64,000 bases of DNA from Reyranellaceae bacterium (GTDB lineage Bacteria > Pseudomonadota > Alphaproteobacteria > Reyranellales > Reyranellaceae): positions 5,753 through 69,752 of the forward strand of contig JAXMCP010000035.1 in the NCBI GenBank assembly GCA_046349295.1, given 5' to 3'. Of the stretch, positions 1 through 11,486 are shown piece after piece; position 1 is the first letter of the stretch, and each line of letters starts with the position of its first letter. The position numbers and the translations under genes are program-made. Under the pieces are notes generated by a model, which was not told the origin of the DNA, ran no database searches, and worked only from the letters and a program-made list of their open reading frames with translations.

Positions 1-3000
1 CTGCTCGGGGTCGTTGCGCGTCTGTGCAGGGCCGACCAGACCTATATGTTCCGCCGGCACGGCGAGCAGCACCAGCTCGTCGCCACGCATGGCGTGTCTG
101 CGGAAGGCGAAGCCTTCATCCGCGCCAACCCGTTAAAGCCCGAACGCGGCACGACCAGCGGACGGGTGGCGATGGAAAAGCGCATCGTGCACATCCACGA
201 TGTGATGGCCGACCCCGAGTACGACCATGCCGAAGGGCAGGGAAACGCGGGCTTCCGAACCATGCTGGGGCTGCCACTGCTCAGGGAAGACAACCTGCTG
301 GGCGTGTTCGTGCTGTCGCGCACGACCGTCGATCCGTTCTCGGCGCGCGAGATCGAGCTTACCAGGGGCTTCGCCGACCAGGCCGTGATCGCCATCGAGA
401 ATGCTCGGCTGTTCGAGGAGCTGCGTGACCGCCAGGCCGAGCTGCGGGTCACCTTGGACAATACCGGTGACGGCGTGGTCATGTTCGATGCCGACTTCAG
501 GCTCGCCTCGTGGAATCACAACTTCCAGGAGATGCTGGACGTTTCCGCCGAATTCATCGCCGGCCGCCCCGCGCTCGAAGACTATGTCCGCCTGCTGGCC
601 GAGCGCGGCGAGCTGGGCGACGGCGACCCCGAGAGCACGGTCGCCAGCTATCGCGAACGCGCCACTCGGCAATGGTCGGCCGAGCGCACGCGCCCCGACG
701 GTCGCATCGTCGAGGTACGCAACAACCCGGTGCCGAGCGGCGGTGCCGTCCTCATCTATTCCGACATCACCGAGCGCAAGCGAGCCGAAGCCGAGATCCG
801 CTCCGCACGCGACGCCGCCCAAGAGGCGCTGGAGCAGCAGACCGCGACCGCCGAGATCCTGAAGGTGATCGCCAGCTCGCCGACCGACGTCCAGCCGGTG
901 CTGGATGCCGTGGCCAAGGCGGCCGTGCGCTTCTGCGGGGCGACGGATGCGACGATTCTCCTGCGCGACGGCGACATTCTCGTCCCGAGGGCCCACGACG
1001 GGCCTCTGAGCTACGAGGCCGGCAGCCGCCGTCCGCTCGACCGCAGCTCGGTCGGCGGACGGGTCACCCTGGATGGCCGGACCTTCCATGTCCCGGATAC
1101 GGACGCTCTCGATCCGGTCGAATTCGCGATCACCCGCAGGCTCGTCCGGGAGCACGGCTTTCGCGCCGCCGTCGCCACGCCGCTCAGGCGCGAAGACATG
1201 GCCATCGGCACGATCATCCTGCGCAATGTCGAACCCGGTGCGTTCACGTCCCAGCAGATTGAATTGCTCGAGACCTTCGCCGCCCAGGCGGTGATCGCGA
1301 TCGAGAACGTGCGGCTCTTCAGCGAGCTGCGCGAGTCGCTGGACCAGCAGACCGCGACCGCCGAGATCCTGCGCGTGATCTCGCAGTCGCCGACCGACGT
1401 CGCGCCGGTGCTGCGGGCCGTCGCCAAGGCGGCCCTGAAGTTCTGCGGCGCGCGCGACGCCCAGGTCGTCCTGCGCGACGGCGACACCTGGTCGGTCGTG
1501 GCGCACGAGGGTCCGGTCGGAGCCCTCGGCGGAACACGACGCCTTAGCGGCCAGACGGTGGGCGGAAGGGCCATGATGGAGGGCGTCGTCGTGCAGATCG
1601 CCGATCTTCAATCGGCCGCCGGAGACGCCTTCCAGGAGGCGCGCGAGCTCGGCGCGCGGCTGGGCTTTCGCTCGGCGCTGGCGGCGCCGCTGCTGCGCGA
1701 CGGTGTGGCGATCGGCGCAATCTCGCTGCGCCGGCCAGAAGCGGGCGCGTTCACGGCCAACCAGGTCGAGCTGCTCGAGAGCTTCGCCGCCCAGGCGGTG
1801 ATCGCGATCGAGAACGTCCGCCTGTTCACCGAGTTGCGCGACGCGCTGGAGCAGCAGACGGCGACTGCCGACATCCTGAAGGCGATCGCCAGCTCGCCGA
1901 CTGACGTCCAGCCGGTGCTCGACGCGGTGGCGAAGGCGGCGGTGCGGTTCTGCGGCACGCCCGATGCGCTCGTCCTGATGCGCGACGGGGACGACAACGT
2001 CGTCGCCGCGCACCAAGGCGCGCTCACGGCAACCCTCGGGTTGCGCCGTCCGATCACCGGCAACTTCAGCGGCCAGGCCCTGCTCGAAGGCCGCACCCTG
2101 CAGATCGCCGACGTCGACGAATTGGATGCGGCCCGATACGCCGGGGTCCTGGCGTTGGCCAGGCAGCACGGGTGGCGTGCCTCCACCGCGGCGCCAATGA
2201 TGCACGCCGGCAAGGCCATCGGCTGTGTCGTGCTGCGCAAGCCGGAGCCGGGCCTCTTGTCGCCCCGCCAGATCGCGCTGCTGGAGACGTTCGCCGCCCA
2301 GGCGGTGATCGCCATCGAGAACGTGCGGCTGTTCACCGAGCTGCGCGAGTCGCTCGACCAGCAAGCCGCAACCTCCGACGTCCTCAAGGTGATCGCCAGC
2401 TCGCCGACCGACGTGCAGCCGGTGCTGGACGCGGTTGCAAAGGCCGCACAACGCTTCTGCGGTGCGGCAGATGCCGTCATCTCCTTGCGCGAGGGCGACG
2501 AGTTCGTGCGGGCTGCGCACGAGGGGTCGATGCCGTTCGTGCTGGGCCGTAGTGCGTTGGATCGCAGCTCGATCAGCGGATGCGCCATCGTCGACGCTCG
2601 CACCACTCATATTCCCGACTTGGGGGCCCTCGACGCGAATGACTTCGCGAAGTCGCAGACACTGGCGGTCGGTTCGGGCGCCCGCGCCGCTCTCGCGGCG
2701 CCGATGTTGCGTGAAGGCGTTGCCATCGGCTGCATTCTACTGCGACGGACCATTGCGGGTCCCTTCGCGCCAAAGCAGATCGAGCTGCTGGAGGCCTTCG
2801 CCGCCCAGGCGGTGATCGCGATCGAGAACGTGCGGCTGTTCACCGAATTGCGCGAGGCGCTGGAGCGGCAGACCGCCACCGCCGACATCCTGAAAGCGAT
2901 CGCAAACTCGCCGACGGACGTTCAGCCCGTGCTGGACGCGGTGGCGAAGTCGGCGGTGCGATTCTGCGGCGCAGTCGATGCGCTCATCACACTGCGTGAT

Positions 3001-4215
3001 GGCGAAAGCTGGGTCATCACCGCCCACCAGGGATTGGTCGGCCATGTCCCGGGCGCGCGGTCTCGCCTCAGCCGGGATAACGCCGTCGGGCGCGCAATCC
3101 TGGACGGAGCCACTTGCCATTTGTCGAATGTCGCCGCTCTCGATCCAGTGGAGTTCGCAAGCGTCCGGCGGATGGCGTCCCAGTACGGCTTTGCTGCCGT
3201 CATAGCCGCTCCCCTCCTGCGCGACGGCATCGCGATCGGTGCCGTGTTGCTGCGCAAGCCGGAGCCTGGACCGTTCACACCCCAGCAAGTCGGCCTGCTC
3301 GAGACCTTCGCCGCCCAGGCCGTCATCGCCATCGAGAACGTGCGGCTGTTCACCGAATTGCGCGACTCACTGGAGCGGCTCAAGGCGGCTCAGGCCAATC
3401 TCGTGCAGTCCGAGAAGATGGCCTCGCTCGGCCAGCTCACGGCGGGCATCGCGCACGAGATCAAGAACCCGCTGAACTTCGTCAACAACTTCGCCGCCCT
3501 CTCGGTCGAGCTGCTGGAAGAGCTCAAGGAAACGGCGGGCGCCGCGCTCGCGACGCTCGGCGAGGACACGCGCGCCGAGGTCGACGAGACGATGGCGCTG
3601 CTGACCGGCAACCTGGCCAAGATCGCCGAGCACGGCAAGCGTGCCGACGGCATCGTCAAGAGCATGCTGAGCCACAGCCGCGGCGGCACGGGCGACTGGA
3701 CGCCGTCCAACGTCGACGCGCTGGTCGAGGAGGCGCTGAACCTCGCCTATCACGGCGCGCGCGCCCAGGACAACGAGTTCAACGTCACCCTCGAACGCGA
3801 TCTCGAGGCCAAGGCGCGGCCGATAGAGGTCGTGCCGCAGGACGTGACGCGCGTGTTCCTGAACCTGTTCGGCAACGGCTTCTATGCCGTGGCCAAGCGG
3901 CGCAAGGCCGAGGGGCGGGCAGGCTACCGGCCGACGCTCAGGGTCTCGACGCGCGATCTCGGCGAGGCGGTCGAGGTCAGGGTGCGCGACAACGGCACCG
4001 GCATCCCACCCGACGTGCGGGAAAAGATGTTCCAGCCGTTCTTCACCACCAAGCCGACCGGTGAGGGCACCGGCCTCGGCCTTTCGATCAGCTACGATAT
4101 CGTGACCCAGCAGCATGGCGGCACGATCGAGGTCGAGAGCGAGCCGGGCAGCTTCACCGAATTCACCGTGCGGCTGCCGCGCCGGCGGGTGCAAGCGAGC
4201 GAGAGAGCGCGATGA
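1..4215 (+). CDS. Multi-GAF/PAS sensor histidine kinase (5'-truncated by window edge; at least 6 GAF + PAS_7 + HisKA + HATPase_c)
   Basis: Frame is open from base 1 ([16 protein letters not shown]...). Repeated [18 protein letters not shown] ends, PAS_7 block [17 protein letters not shown]-box [15 protein letters not shown] and GTGLGLS boxes. Confidence 0.93.
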   Translation: MLGVVARLCRADQTYMFRRHGEQHQLVATHGVSAEGEAFIRANPLKPERGTTSGRVAMEKRIVHIHDVMADPEYDHAEGQGNAGFRTMLGLPLLREDNLLGVFVLSRTTVDPFSAREIELTRGFADQAVIAIENARLFEELRDRQAELRVTLDNTGDGVVMFDADFRLASWNHNFQEMLDVSAEFIAGRPALEDYVRLLAERGELGDGDPESTVASYRERATRQWSAERTRPDGRIVEVRNNPVPSGGAVLIYSDITERKRAEAEIRSARDAAQEALEQQTATAEILKVIASSPTDVQPVLDAVAKAAVRFCGATDATILLRDGDILVPRAHDGPLSYEAGSRRPLDRSSVGGRVTLDGRTFHVPDTDALDPVEFAITRRLVREHGFRAAVATPLRREDMAIGTIILRNVEPGAFTSQQIELLETFAAQAVIAIENVRLFSELRESLDQQTATAEILRVISQSPTDVAPVLRAVAKAALKFCGARDAQVVLRDGDTWSVVAHEGPVGALGGTRRLSGQTVGGRAMMEGVVVQIADLQSAAGDAFQEARELGARLGFRSALAAPLLRDGVAIGAISLRRPEAGAFTANQVELLESFAAQAVIAIENVRLFTELRDALEQQTATADILKAIASSPTDVQPVLDAVAKAAVRFCGTPDALVLMRDGDDNVVAAHQGALTATLGLRRPITGNFSGQALLEGRTLQIADVDELDAARYAGVLALARQHGWRASTAAPMMHAGKAIGCVVLRKPEPGLLSPRQIALLETFAAQAVIAIENVRLFTELRESLDQQAATSDVLKVIASSPTDVQPVLDAVAKAAQRFCGAADAVISLREGDEFVRAAHEGSMPFVLGRSALDRSSISGCAIVDARTTHIPDLGALDANDFAKSQTLAVGSGARAALAAPMLREGVAIGCILLRRTIAGPFAPKQIELLEAFAAQAVIAIENVRLFTELREALERQTATADILKAIANSPTDVQPVLDAVAKSAVRFCGAVDALITLRDGESWVITAHQGLVGHVPGARSRLSRDNAVGRAILDGATCHLSNVAALDPVEFASVRRMASQYGFAAVIAAPLLRDGIAIGAVLLRKPEPGPFTPQQVGLLETFAAQAVIAIENVRLFTELRDSLERLKAAQANLVQSEKMASLGQLTAGIAHEIKNPLNFVNNFAALSVELLEELKETAGAALATLGEDTRAEVDETMALLTGNLAKIAEHGKRADGIVKSMLSHSRGGTGDWTPSNVDALVEEALNLAYHGARAQDNEFNVTLERDLEAKARPIEVVPQDVTRVFLNLFGNGFYAVAKRRKAEGRAGYRPTLRVSTRDLGEAVEVRVRDNGTGIPPDVREKMFQPFFTTKPTGEGTGLGLSISYDIVTQQHGGTIEVESEPGSFTEFTVRLPRRRVQASERAR

Positions 4216-4611
4216 CCGTCAGCATTCTCGTGGTCGACGACGAGGCCGACGTGGCCGAGCTGTTCCGCCAGCAGTTCCGGCGCGAGGTCCGGCAGGGCCG
4301 CTACGTCATGCATTTCGCCCAGTCGGCCGAGCAGGCGCTCGCCCTGCTGGGCGGCGAGATCCGGCCGGAGCTGATCGTGATCCTCTCCGACATCAACATG
4401 CCCGGCATGGACGGGCTGGGCCTGCTGCGCGAGATCAAGGCGCAGCGCGCCGACCTGCCCGTGATCATGGTGACAGCCTACGGCGACGACGAGCGCCGGC
4501 GGCAGGCCGCCGAGTTCGGCGCTGCCGAGTTCGTCACCAAGCCGGTCGACTTCGAGATCCTCAAGCGGCAGCTGCAGCAGCTGCCTGCTCCAACGCACCA
4601 GGGATGACAGC
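3922..4611 (+). repeat. About 690-bp direct repeat, copy 1 (HATPase 3' end plus receiver gene)
   Basis: Matches 9027-9716 at offset 5105; about five substitutions seen by eye, all synonymous. Confidence 0.9.
4212..4607 (+). CDS. Single-domain response regulator (CheY-like receiver), copy 1
   Basis: [26 protein letters not shown] motifs; ATGA overlap with the kinase stop. Confidence 0.95.
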   Translation: MTVSILVVDDEADVAELFRQQFRREVRQGRYVMHFAQSAEQALALLGGEIRPELIVILSDINMPGMDGLGLLREIKAQRADLPVIMVTAYGDDERRRQAAEFGAAEFVTKPVDFEILKRQLQQLPAPTHQG

Positions 4612-4844
4612 CTGAGGCGGCCGCTTGCCGGTCCCCGCCATGATCTGCGGCTTGGCAAGCCGGGCGCGGTCGCCTCGCGCACCCGGAAGCCGGTCGACGA
4701 CCTGCCGGGCCGCTTTGTTGCCCGACGCATCGGTCCTATCGACCCTGCGTTTCACGTCCTTGCATTGCGGAAGGTATTCTGGCGCCGTGGCGGTCCAGTG
4801 GTTATGGTTGTTGGCCAGGAACAAGAGGCCAACCAGGGAAGGCC

Positions 4845-7800
4845 ATGGCGGGGGAGCCTGACGTCGCGACAAGCCAGGCGATGGACGAGCTGAAGCGTCA
4901 GCTCGCAGCGCTTACCCTGGAGAATGCGCGCCTCTCGGACGAGCTCGGCCGGCGGACCGACGACCTGCAGCAATCGCTGGAGTACCAGACCGCGATCGGC
5001 GAGGTGCTCAACGCGATCAGCCGCTCGACCTTCGATCTCGCGCCAGTCCTGCAGACGCTCACGGAAACCGCGCTGCGCCTGTGCGAGGCCGAGATGGGGT
5101 TCATCTGCCGGCGCGACGGCGAGACCTTCCTCGTCGTGACGGCGGCCGGCACCACACCCGAGATCGCCAGCGACGCCGACGACTATCGCCGCTACCAGGC
5201 GGCCCGGCCCATCGCGATCGACCGCGGCTCGCTCACCGGGCGGGTGGCGCTCGCCGGCCAGCCGGTGCAGATCCCCGACATCGCCGCCGACCCGGAATAC
5301 CGGCTGGCCGGCGCCACCCAGCTCGGCAAGATCCGCACCCAGCTGGGCGTCCCGCTGGTCCGCGAGGGCCGGCTGGTCGGCGTCCTCGTCCTGTCGCGCC
5401 AGCGCGTCGAGCCGTTCTCCGAACGCCAGATAGGCCTGCTGCGCACCTTCGCCGACCAGGCGGTGATCGCGATGGAGAATGCCCGCCTGCTGGGCGAGCT
5501 GCGCGAGTCGCTCGCCCGGCAGACCGCGACGTCGGAGATCCTGCAGGTCATCAACGCCTCGCCCAGGGATCTCGCGCCGGTTTTCGAGGCCATGCTGGAG
5601 CGCGCCGTGCAGCTCAGCGACTCGGCCTTCGGCATGATGAACGTGTGGGAGGACGGCCACTACCGCACCGTCGCCCTGCGCGGCGTGCCACAGGGGCTGA
5701 TGGAACGCTGGGTATCGGCCCCGACGCCAGGTCCGCTGAACGCCCTGTCGCGCATCGCCGGCGGCGAGGACATGGTCCATATCGAGGACCTTGCCGCCTA
5801 CGAGAGCTATCGCCTGGGCGACGAGCGATCGCGCGCCCTGGTCGAGACGGGGGGCGCGCGCAGCCTGCTGGCGGTCGCCCTGCGCAAGGAGGGCGTGCTG
5901 CTCGGCGTGCTCACGGCCTATCGCCAGGAAGTCCGCCCGTTCACCGACAAGCAGATTGCGCTGCTGCAGGGCTTCGCGGCGCAGGCGGTGATCGCGATGG
6001 AGAACGCCCGCCTGCTCGAGGAGCTGCGCGACCGCCAGGCCGAGCTGCGCGTTACCCTGGACAACACCGGCGACGGCGTCGTGATGTTCGACGCCGACCT
6101 GAGGCTCGCCTCGTGGAACCGCAATTTCCAGGAGATGCTCGACGTACCGGACGCCTTCGTGGCCCGCCGGCCTCGGTTCGACGACTATGTCGGCCTGCTG
6201 GCCGGGCGCGGCGAGCTGGGCGACGGCGATCCCGCGAGCATCGTCGCCAGCTATCACGAGCGGGCTGCCCGGCAATGGTCGGCCGAGCGCACGCGGCCCG
6301 ACGGCCGAATCGTCGAGGTGCGCAACAACCCGGTGCCGGACGGCGGCGCGGTGCTGATCTATTCCGACATCACCGAGCGCAAGCAGGCCGAGGCCGCGAT
6401 CGCCGCCGCGCGCGACGCCGCCGAGGAGGCGCTCGAGCAGCAGACCGCGACCGCCGAGATCCTGCGCGCCATTTCGGAATCGCCGACCAACGTCCAGCCG
6501 GTGCTCGACGCGGTGGTCAAGGCGGCGGTGCGCTTCTGCGGCGCCACCGACGCCGTCATCATCCTGCGCGAGGGCGAAGCGGCCTTCTTCGCCGCGCACG
6601 AGGGGCCGATGACGACGGTCCTGGGGTCCAGGCTTCCGCTCGATCGGGAAACCTCGCCGGGCCGGGCCATCCTGGACGGCCGGACCTGCCACCTGCCCGA
6701 CATCGCCGCGCTCGATCCGATCGAGTTCGCGGGCGCCCACCGGATCGCCGCTGCCCACGGCTTCCGCGCCGCGCTCGCCGCCCCGTTGCTGCGACAGGGC
6801 GCGGCCATCGGGTCGGTCACCTTGCGCAAGGCCGAGGCGGGGCCGTTCGCGCCACGCCAGATCGAGCTCCTGGAAACCTTCGCCGCCCAGGCGGTGATCG
6901 CCATCGAGAACGTGCGGCTCTTCAACGATCTCAGCGAGTCGCTGGAGCAGCAGACGGCGACGTCCGAGATCTTGAGGGTGATCGCGAGCTCGCCGAACGA
7001 CGTGCAGCCGGTGTTCGATGTCGTCGTCAAGTCGGCCGTCCGCCTCTGCGGCGCGCAGGATTCGCTGGTCGTCATGCGTCACGGGTCGGAGGTCGTGTTC
7101 GAGGCTCACGAAGGGCCGCTCGGCGGCGACCGTGGCGACCGCTGGCCCCTCGTCGGAGAGAACGTGATGGGGCGCGCCATCATCGAGGGCCGGACCGTGC
7201 ACGTTGCCGACGCTTCGGCGCTTGCCCCCGGCGAGTTCGACAGAACGAAGGACGGTGTGGCCTTGTACGGCTTCAAGGCCATCGTTGCCGCTCCGTTGAT
7301 TCGGAAGGGCAGCGCGATCGGTGCCTTGCTGCTGCGCAGGCAGGAAGCCGGCCCGTATACGCCGCGCCAGATCGAGCTCCTGGAAACCTTCGCCGACCAG
7401 GCAGTGATCGCCATCGAGAACGTGCGGCTGTTCACCGAGCTCAGCGAATCGCTGGAGCGGCAGACTGCTACCGCCGACATCCTGAAGGTGATCGCCAGCT
7501 CGCCGGCCGACATGAAGCCCGCCTTCGACGCCATCGCCGGGAGCGCCCGCCGGCTGCTCGGCGGCCTGTCGACCACGGTATGGCGGCTCGAGGGCGACGC
7601 CTACCATCTGGCAGCCTTCACGCCGACCACCGAGGAGGCCGACCGGGCGTTGCGCGAGATGACTGTCCTGCCGAAGGAGCAGGGCGACACCCTTGCCCCC
7701 GCGGCGGCCGGAAGAGTCGTCACGGAAATCGCCGACACCGAGAGCGGCCCGCTCTTCATGCGCGAGATCGCCCGCCTGCGCGGCTTTCGCGCCTGCCTCG

Positions 7801-9320
7801 CCGTGTCGCTGGCGATCGAGGGGCAGTCGATCGGCTTCGTCAACGTGACGCGGCGCGAGCCCGGCATCTTCCGGCCCGAGGACGTCGAGCTGCTGAAGAC
7901 CTTCGCCGACCAGGCGGTGATCGCCATCCAGAATGCGCGGCTGTTCAGCGAGCTCAGCGATGCACTGGAGCAGCAGACCGCGACTGGCGAGATCCTGAAG
8001 GTGATCGCGAGCTCGCCGACCGACGTCCAGCCGGTGCTCGACGCGGTGGCCCGGGCGGCGCTCCGGTTCTGCGGCGCTCCCGATGCGGTCGTCTGGCTGC
8101 GCGACGGGGACGACAACGTCGTCGCCGCGCACGAAGGCATGCTAACGGCGAGCCTCGGGTTGCGCAGGCCGATCGCTACCGCAACCTTCAGCGGCCAGGC
8201 CATGCTCGAAGGCCGGACCCGCCAGATCGCCGATGTCGACGCCCTGGATGCAACCGTCCATGCCGGGGTCCTGGACCTGGCCAGGCAGCACAAGTGGCGC
8301 GCCTCGGCCGCAGCGCCGATGATGCACCGCGGCAAGGCCATCGGCTGCGTCGTCCTGCGCAAGCCGGAGCCGGGCCTCCTGTCGCCCCAGCAGATCGAGT
8401 TGCTCGAAACGTTCGCCGCCCAAGCCGTGATCGCGATCGAGAACGTGCGGCTGTTCACCGAGTTGCGCGACTCGCTGGAGCGGCTCAAGGCGGCTCAGGC
8501 GAACCTGATCCAGTCCGAGAAGATGGCCTCGCTCGGCCAGCTCACGGCGGGCATCGCGCACGAGATCAAGAACCCGCTGAACTTCGTCAACAACTTCGCC
8601 GCTCTCTCGGTCGAGCTTCTCGGCGAGCTCAAGGAGACCGCCGACGCGGCATTTGCCACACTCGACGCGGACACGCAGGCCGAGGTCGACGAGACGATGG
8701 AGCTGCTGGTTGGCAACCTCGGCAAGATCGCCGAGCACGGCAAGCGCGCCGACGGCATCGTCAAAAGCATGCTGTCGCATTCGCGCGGCGGCTCGGGCGA
8801 CTGGGCGCCGTCCGACATCAACGCGCTGGTCGAGGAGGCGCTGAACCTCGCCTATCACGGCGCCCGCGCCCAGGACAACGAGTTCAACGTCACCCTCGAA
8901 CGCGACTTCGAGAAAACGTCCAAGCCGATCGAGCTGGTGCCACAGGACGTCACGCGCGTGTTCCTGAACCTGTTCGGCAACGGCTTCTACGCCCTCGGCA
9001 AGCAGCGCACGGCCGCCAAGCAGGTGGGCTACCGGCCGACGCTCAGGGTCTCGACGCGCGATCTCGGCGAGGCGGTCGAGGTCAGGGTGCGCGACAACGG
9101 CACCGGCATCCCACCCGACGTGCGGGAAAAGATGTTCCAGCCGTTCTTCACCACCAAGCCGACCGGCGAGGGCACCGGGCTTGGCCTTTCGATCAGCTAC
9201 GATATCGTGACCCAGCAGCATGGCGGCACGATCGAGGTCGAGAGCGAGCCGGGCAGCTTCACCGAATTCACCGTGCGGCTGCCGCGCCGGCGGGTGCAAG
9301 CGAGCGAGAGAGCGCGATGA
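4845..9320 (+). CDS. Multi-GAF/PAS sensor histidine kinase (6 GAF + PAS_7 + HisKA + HATPase_c)
   Basis: 1491-aa ORF with six GAF units ending in QAVIA(I/M)(E/Q)N, PAS_7 block, [11 protein letters not shown]-box and G boxes; no transmembrane segment seen. Confidence 0.93.
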   Translation: MAGEPDVATSQAMDELKRQLAALTLENARLSDELGRRTDDLQQSLEYQTAIGEVLNAISRSTFDLAPVLQTLTETALRLCEAEMGFICRRDGETFLVVTAAGTTPEIASDADDYRRYQAARPIAIDRGSLTGRVALAGQPVQIPDIAADPEYRLAGATQLGKIRTQLGVPLVREGRLVGVLVLSRQRVEPFSERQIGLLRTFADQAVIAMENARLLGELRESLARQTATSEILQVINASPRDLAPVFEAMLERAVQLSDSAFGMMNVWEDGHYRTVALRGVPQGLMERWVSAPTPGPLNALSRIAGGEDMVHIEDLAAYESYRLGDERSRALVETGGARSLLAVALRKEGVLLGVLTAYRQEVRPFTDKQIALLQGFAAQAVIAMENARLLEELRDRQAELRVTLDNTGDGVVMFDADLRLASWNRNFQEMLDVPDAFVARRPRFDDYVGLLAGRGELGDGDPASIVASYHERAARQWSAERTRPDGRIVEVRNNPVPDGGAVLIYSDITERKQAEAAIAAARDAAEEALEQQTATAEILRAISESPTNVQPVLDAVVKAAVRFCGATDAVIILREGEAAFFAAHEGPMTTVLGSRLPLDRETSPGRAILDGRTCHLPDIAALDPIEFAGAHRIAAAHGFRAALAAPLLRQGAAIGSVTLRKAEAGPFAPRQIELLETFAAQAVIAIENVRLFNDLSESLEQQTATSEILRVIASSPNDVQPVFDVVVKSAVRLCGAQDSLVVMRHGSEVVFEAHEGPLGGDRGDRWPLVGENVMGRAIIEGRTVHVADASALAPGEFDRTKDGVALYGFKAIVAAPLIRKGSAIGALLLRRQEAGPYTPRQIELLETFADQAVIAIENVRLFTELSESLERQTATADILKVIASSPADMKPAFDAIAGSARRLLGGLSTTVWRLEGDAYHLAAFTPTTEEADRALREMTVLPKEQGDTLAPAAAGRVVTEIADTESGPLFMREIARLRGFRACLAVSLAIEGQSIGFVNVTRREPGIFRPEDVELLKTFADQAVIAIQNARLFSELSDALEQQTATGEILKVIASSPTDVQPVLDAVARAALRFCGAPDAVVWLRDGDDNVVAAHEGMLTASLGLRRPIATATFSGQAMLEGRTRQIADVDALDATVHAGVLDLARQHKWRASAAAPMMHRGKAIGCVVLRKPEPGLLSPQQIELLETFAAQAVIAIENVRLFTELRDSLERLKAAQANLIQSEKMASLGQLTAGIAHEIKNPLNFVNNFAALSVELLGELKETADAAFATLDADTQAEVDETMELLVGNLGKIAEHGKRADGIVKSMLSHSRGGSGDWAPSDINALVEEALNLAYHGARAQDNEFNVTLERDFEKTSKPIELVPQDVTRVFLNLFGNGFYALGKQRTAAKQVGYRPTLRVSTRDLGEAVEVRVRDNGTGIPPDVREKMFQPFFTTKPTGEGTGLGLSISYDIVTQQHGGTIEVESEPGSFTEFTVRLPRRRVQASERAR

Positions 9321-9716
9321 CCGTCAGCATTCTCGTGGTCGACGACGAGGCCGACGTGGCCGAGCTGTTCCGCCAGCAGTTCCGGCGCGAGGTCCGGCAG
9401 GGCCGCTACGTCATGCATTTCGCCCAGTCGGCCGAGCAGGCGCTCGCCCTGCTGGGCGGCGAGATCCGGCCCGAGCTGATCGTCATCCTCTCCGACATCA
9501 ACATGCCCGGCATGGACGGGCTGGGCCTGCTGCGCGAGATCAAGGCGCAGCGCGCCGACCTGCCCGTGATCATGGTGACAGCCTACGGCGACGACGAGCG
9601 CCGGCGGCAGGCCGCCGAGTTCGGCGCTGCCGAGTTCGTCACCAAGCCGGTCGACTTCGAGATCCTCAAGCGGCAGCTGCAGCAGCTGCCTGCTCCAACG
9701 CACCAGGGATGACAGC
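9027..9716 (+). repeat. About 690-bp direct repeat, copy 2
   Basis: Near-identical to 3922-4611. Confidence 0.9.
9317..9712 (+). CDS. Single-domain response regulator, copy 2 (protein identical to 4212-4607)
   Basis: ATG at 9317 overlaps the kinase stop; [11 protein letters not shown]...PAPTHQG identical to copy 1. Confidence 0.95.
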   Translation: MTVSILVVDDEADVAELFRQQFRREVRQGRYVMHFAQSAEQALALLGGEIRPELIVILSDINMPGMDGLGLLREIKAQRADLPVIMVTAYGDDERRRQAAEFGAAEFVTKPVDFEILKRQLQQLPAPTHQG

Positions 9717-10793
9717 GTGAGCGAGCCCACGAAGATACTCGCCGTCGACGACGAGCCCGATTTCGAGCTGCTGCTGAAGCAGCGCTTCCGCCAGCGCATC
9801 CGCCAGGGCAACCTCGCCTTCCGCTTCGCGCGCCACGGCGAGGAGGCGCTGGCGGTGCTGGCCGAGGAGCCCGACATCGGCCTGCTGCTGCTCGACATCA
9901 ACATGCCGGTGATGGACGGCCTCACCCTGCTCGCCGAGCTGCGCGCGCGCAAGTCGCCGGCGCGCGCCGTCATCGTGTCGGCCTACGGCGACATGGCCAA
10001 CATCCGCACCGCGATGAACCGCGGCGCTTTCGACTTCGTCACCAAGCCGGTCGACCTCAACGACCTCGAGCTCACCATCGACAAGACGCTGGAGACCATC
10101 GCGTACGTTCGCGGGCTCGACCGGGAGCGCGCCGACGCAGAGCGGGCGCGCGCCAACCTGTCGCGCTACTTCTCCCCCAACATCGTCGACCTGCTGGCCG
10201 ACAGCGACGAGCCGCTGGGCCCGGTGCGCCGCCAGACCGTGGCCGTGCTGTTCGTCGACATCGTGGGTTTCACGCGGATGGCGGAAGCGATGGCGCCGGA
10301 GGCGGTGGTGGCCATGCTGCGCGAGTTCCACGAGCGCATGGCGGGCCAGATCTTCGCCTGCGGCGGCACGGTCGAGAAATACATCGGCGATGCGATCTTC
10401 GCCGTGTTCGGCTTGCCGTCAGCGAGCCCGCACGACGCGCTGAACGCGCTTCGCTGTGCTGCCGTGATGCTGAACGAGCTCGATGCCTGGAACGCGGCGC
10501 GCAAGGAGAAGGGCGAGCCGCCGCTCGCCTTCGGCATCGGCCTCAACTACGGCCCGGCCGTGCTGGGCGACGTCGGCAGCGAGCACAGCCTGTCCTTTAC
10601 CGTGATCGGCGATACGGTCAACGTCGCAAGCCGCCTGCAGGGGCTGACCCGCGAGCTCAAGACGCCGCTGGTGGTCGGCGATGCGGTCGTGAAGCAGATC
10701 GGCGATGGAAGATTGCCGCTCGCGCTGGAGGATCGGGGCGAGCGCCAGCTGCGCGGCCGCAGCAGGACGATCCGCATCTGGACGGTGGCGTAG
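9717..10793 (+). CDS. Receiver domain-class III adenylate/guanylate cyclase
   Basis: N-terminal receiver (AVDDE, LDINMPVMDG, VTKP); cyclase motifs VLFVDIVGFT, EKYIGDA, TVIGDTVNVASRL. Confidence 0.92.
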   Translation: MSEPTKILAVDDEPDFELLLKQRFRQRIRQGNLAFRFARHGEEALAVLAEEPDIGLLLLDINMPVMDGLTLLAELRARKSPARAVIVSAYGDMANIRTAMNRGAFDFVTKPVDLNDLELTIDKTLETIAYVRGLDRERADAERARANLSRYFSPNIVDLLADSDEPLGPVRRQTVAVLFVDIVGFTRMAEAMAPEAVVAMLREFHERMAGQIFACGGTVEKYIGDAIFAVFGLPSASPHDALNALRCAAVMLNELDAWNAARKEKGEPPLAFGIGLNYGPAVLGDVGSEHSLSFTVIGDTVNVASRLQGLTRELKTPLVVGDAVVKQIGDGRLPLALEDRGERQLRGRSRTIRIWTVA

Positions 10794-10898
10794 CAGCTCG
10801 CCCAATGCGGGGCTCGAAATGCAGAGGTGCTCGGCAAGACAATCGAGCTTGTTTGCATGACTTCACGGAGCGCGTCCTGCAAGGGGGCGCCTCCAAGG

Positions 10899-11265
10899 TC
10901 ACACTCGGCGCGGCCGGCCAAGCCCCCTCAGAATGGCGTCGAGCACGTCGTCGAGATGCCTACCCAAATCCTCGGCCAGAAACCGCAGCACGAAGTAGCC
11001 GTTCTCCTGAAGCAGCCGGTCCTTGCGACGATCGCGGCGATAGGCCTCCGCGTCGCCGAGATGCTGCGCCCCGTCCAGCTCGATTACCAGGCGGGCGTCG
11101 ACACAGAGCAGATCGGCCTCGAGGGCGCTGCTCGCGTCGAAGGCGATCGGCAGCCGCTCGTTGAGGCGGAACCGTCCCTTCGTCTCCGCCAGCGTCTCCA
11201 GCCGCCGGAACAGGAACGCTTCGGTCGCGCTGCGCGCCCGATCGACACCCTCGGCATCCGCGCCC
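10899..11265 (-). pseudogene. DUF559/Vsr-like endonuclease domain fragment, no evident start
   Basis: ARSATEAFLFRRL...ADLLCVDARLVIELDGAQH...YRRDRRKDRLLQENGYFVLRF is the DUF559 signature; the upstream part of the frame is not coding-like. Confidence 0.65.
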
Positions 11266-11486
11266 GACCGACCGCCGCGGCGTACAGACGTGAAACCGAA
11301 GCTCTGGACCGGCCCCGCCGGCCCGCGGATGCGTCCTCCACAGTGATGTGGGATAAGGGTGCAGCCGATACGATGCCGACCACAAGAAGCCAGGTTTCTC
11401 GAGCATTCCGCAAGTCCATCAGGGTGCAGAGCCGCCTGTTCGAGGGCGCGACGATTGTCGGCGACGATGACGGTGCGAGGACTTGG

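Noticed and set aside
1276-8450. Regularly spaced conserved DNA repeats as a CRISPR, integron or DGR array
   Set aside because: The repeats are in-frame coding joints about 510 bp apart; no cas, integrase or reverse transcriptase is present.
133-9299. Long antisense ORFs (825, 1126, 385 aa) over the kinases, and similar ones across the window
   Set aside because: Expected stop-poor antisense frames in high-GC genes; no motifs.
5081-9712. 1543-aa ORF ending in the receiver sequence (apparent fusion or frameshift)
   Set aside because: Arg/Pro-rich shadow frame of the kinase; the real receiver starts at ATG 9317, as in copy 1.
10827-11486. N-terminal extension of the 530-aa plus-strand ORF
   Set aside because: It is the antisense of the DUF559 fragment; the plausible start is ATG 11487.
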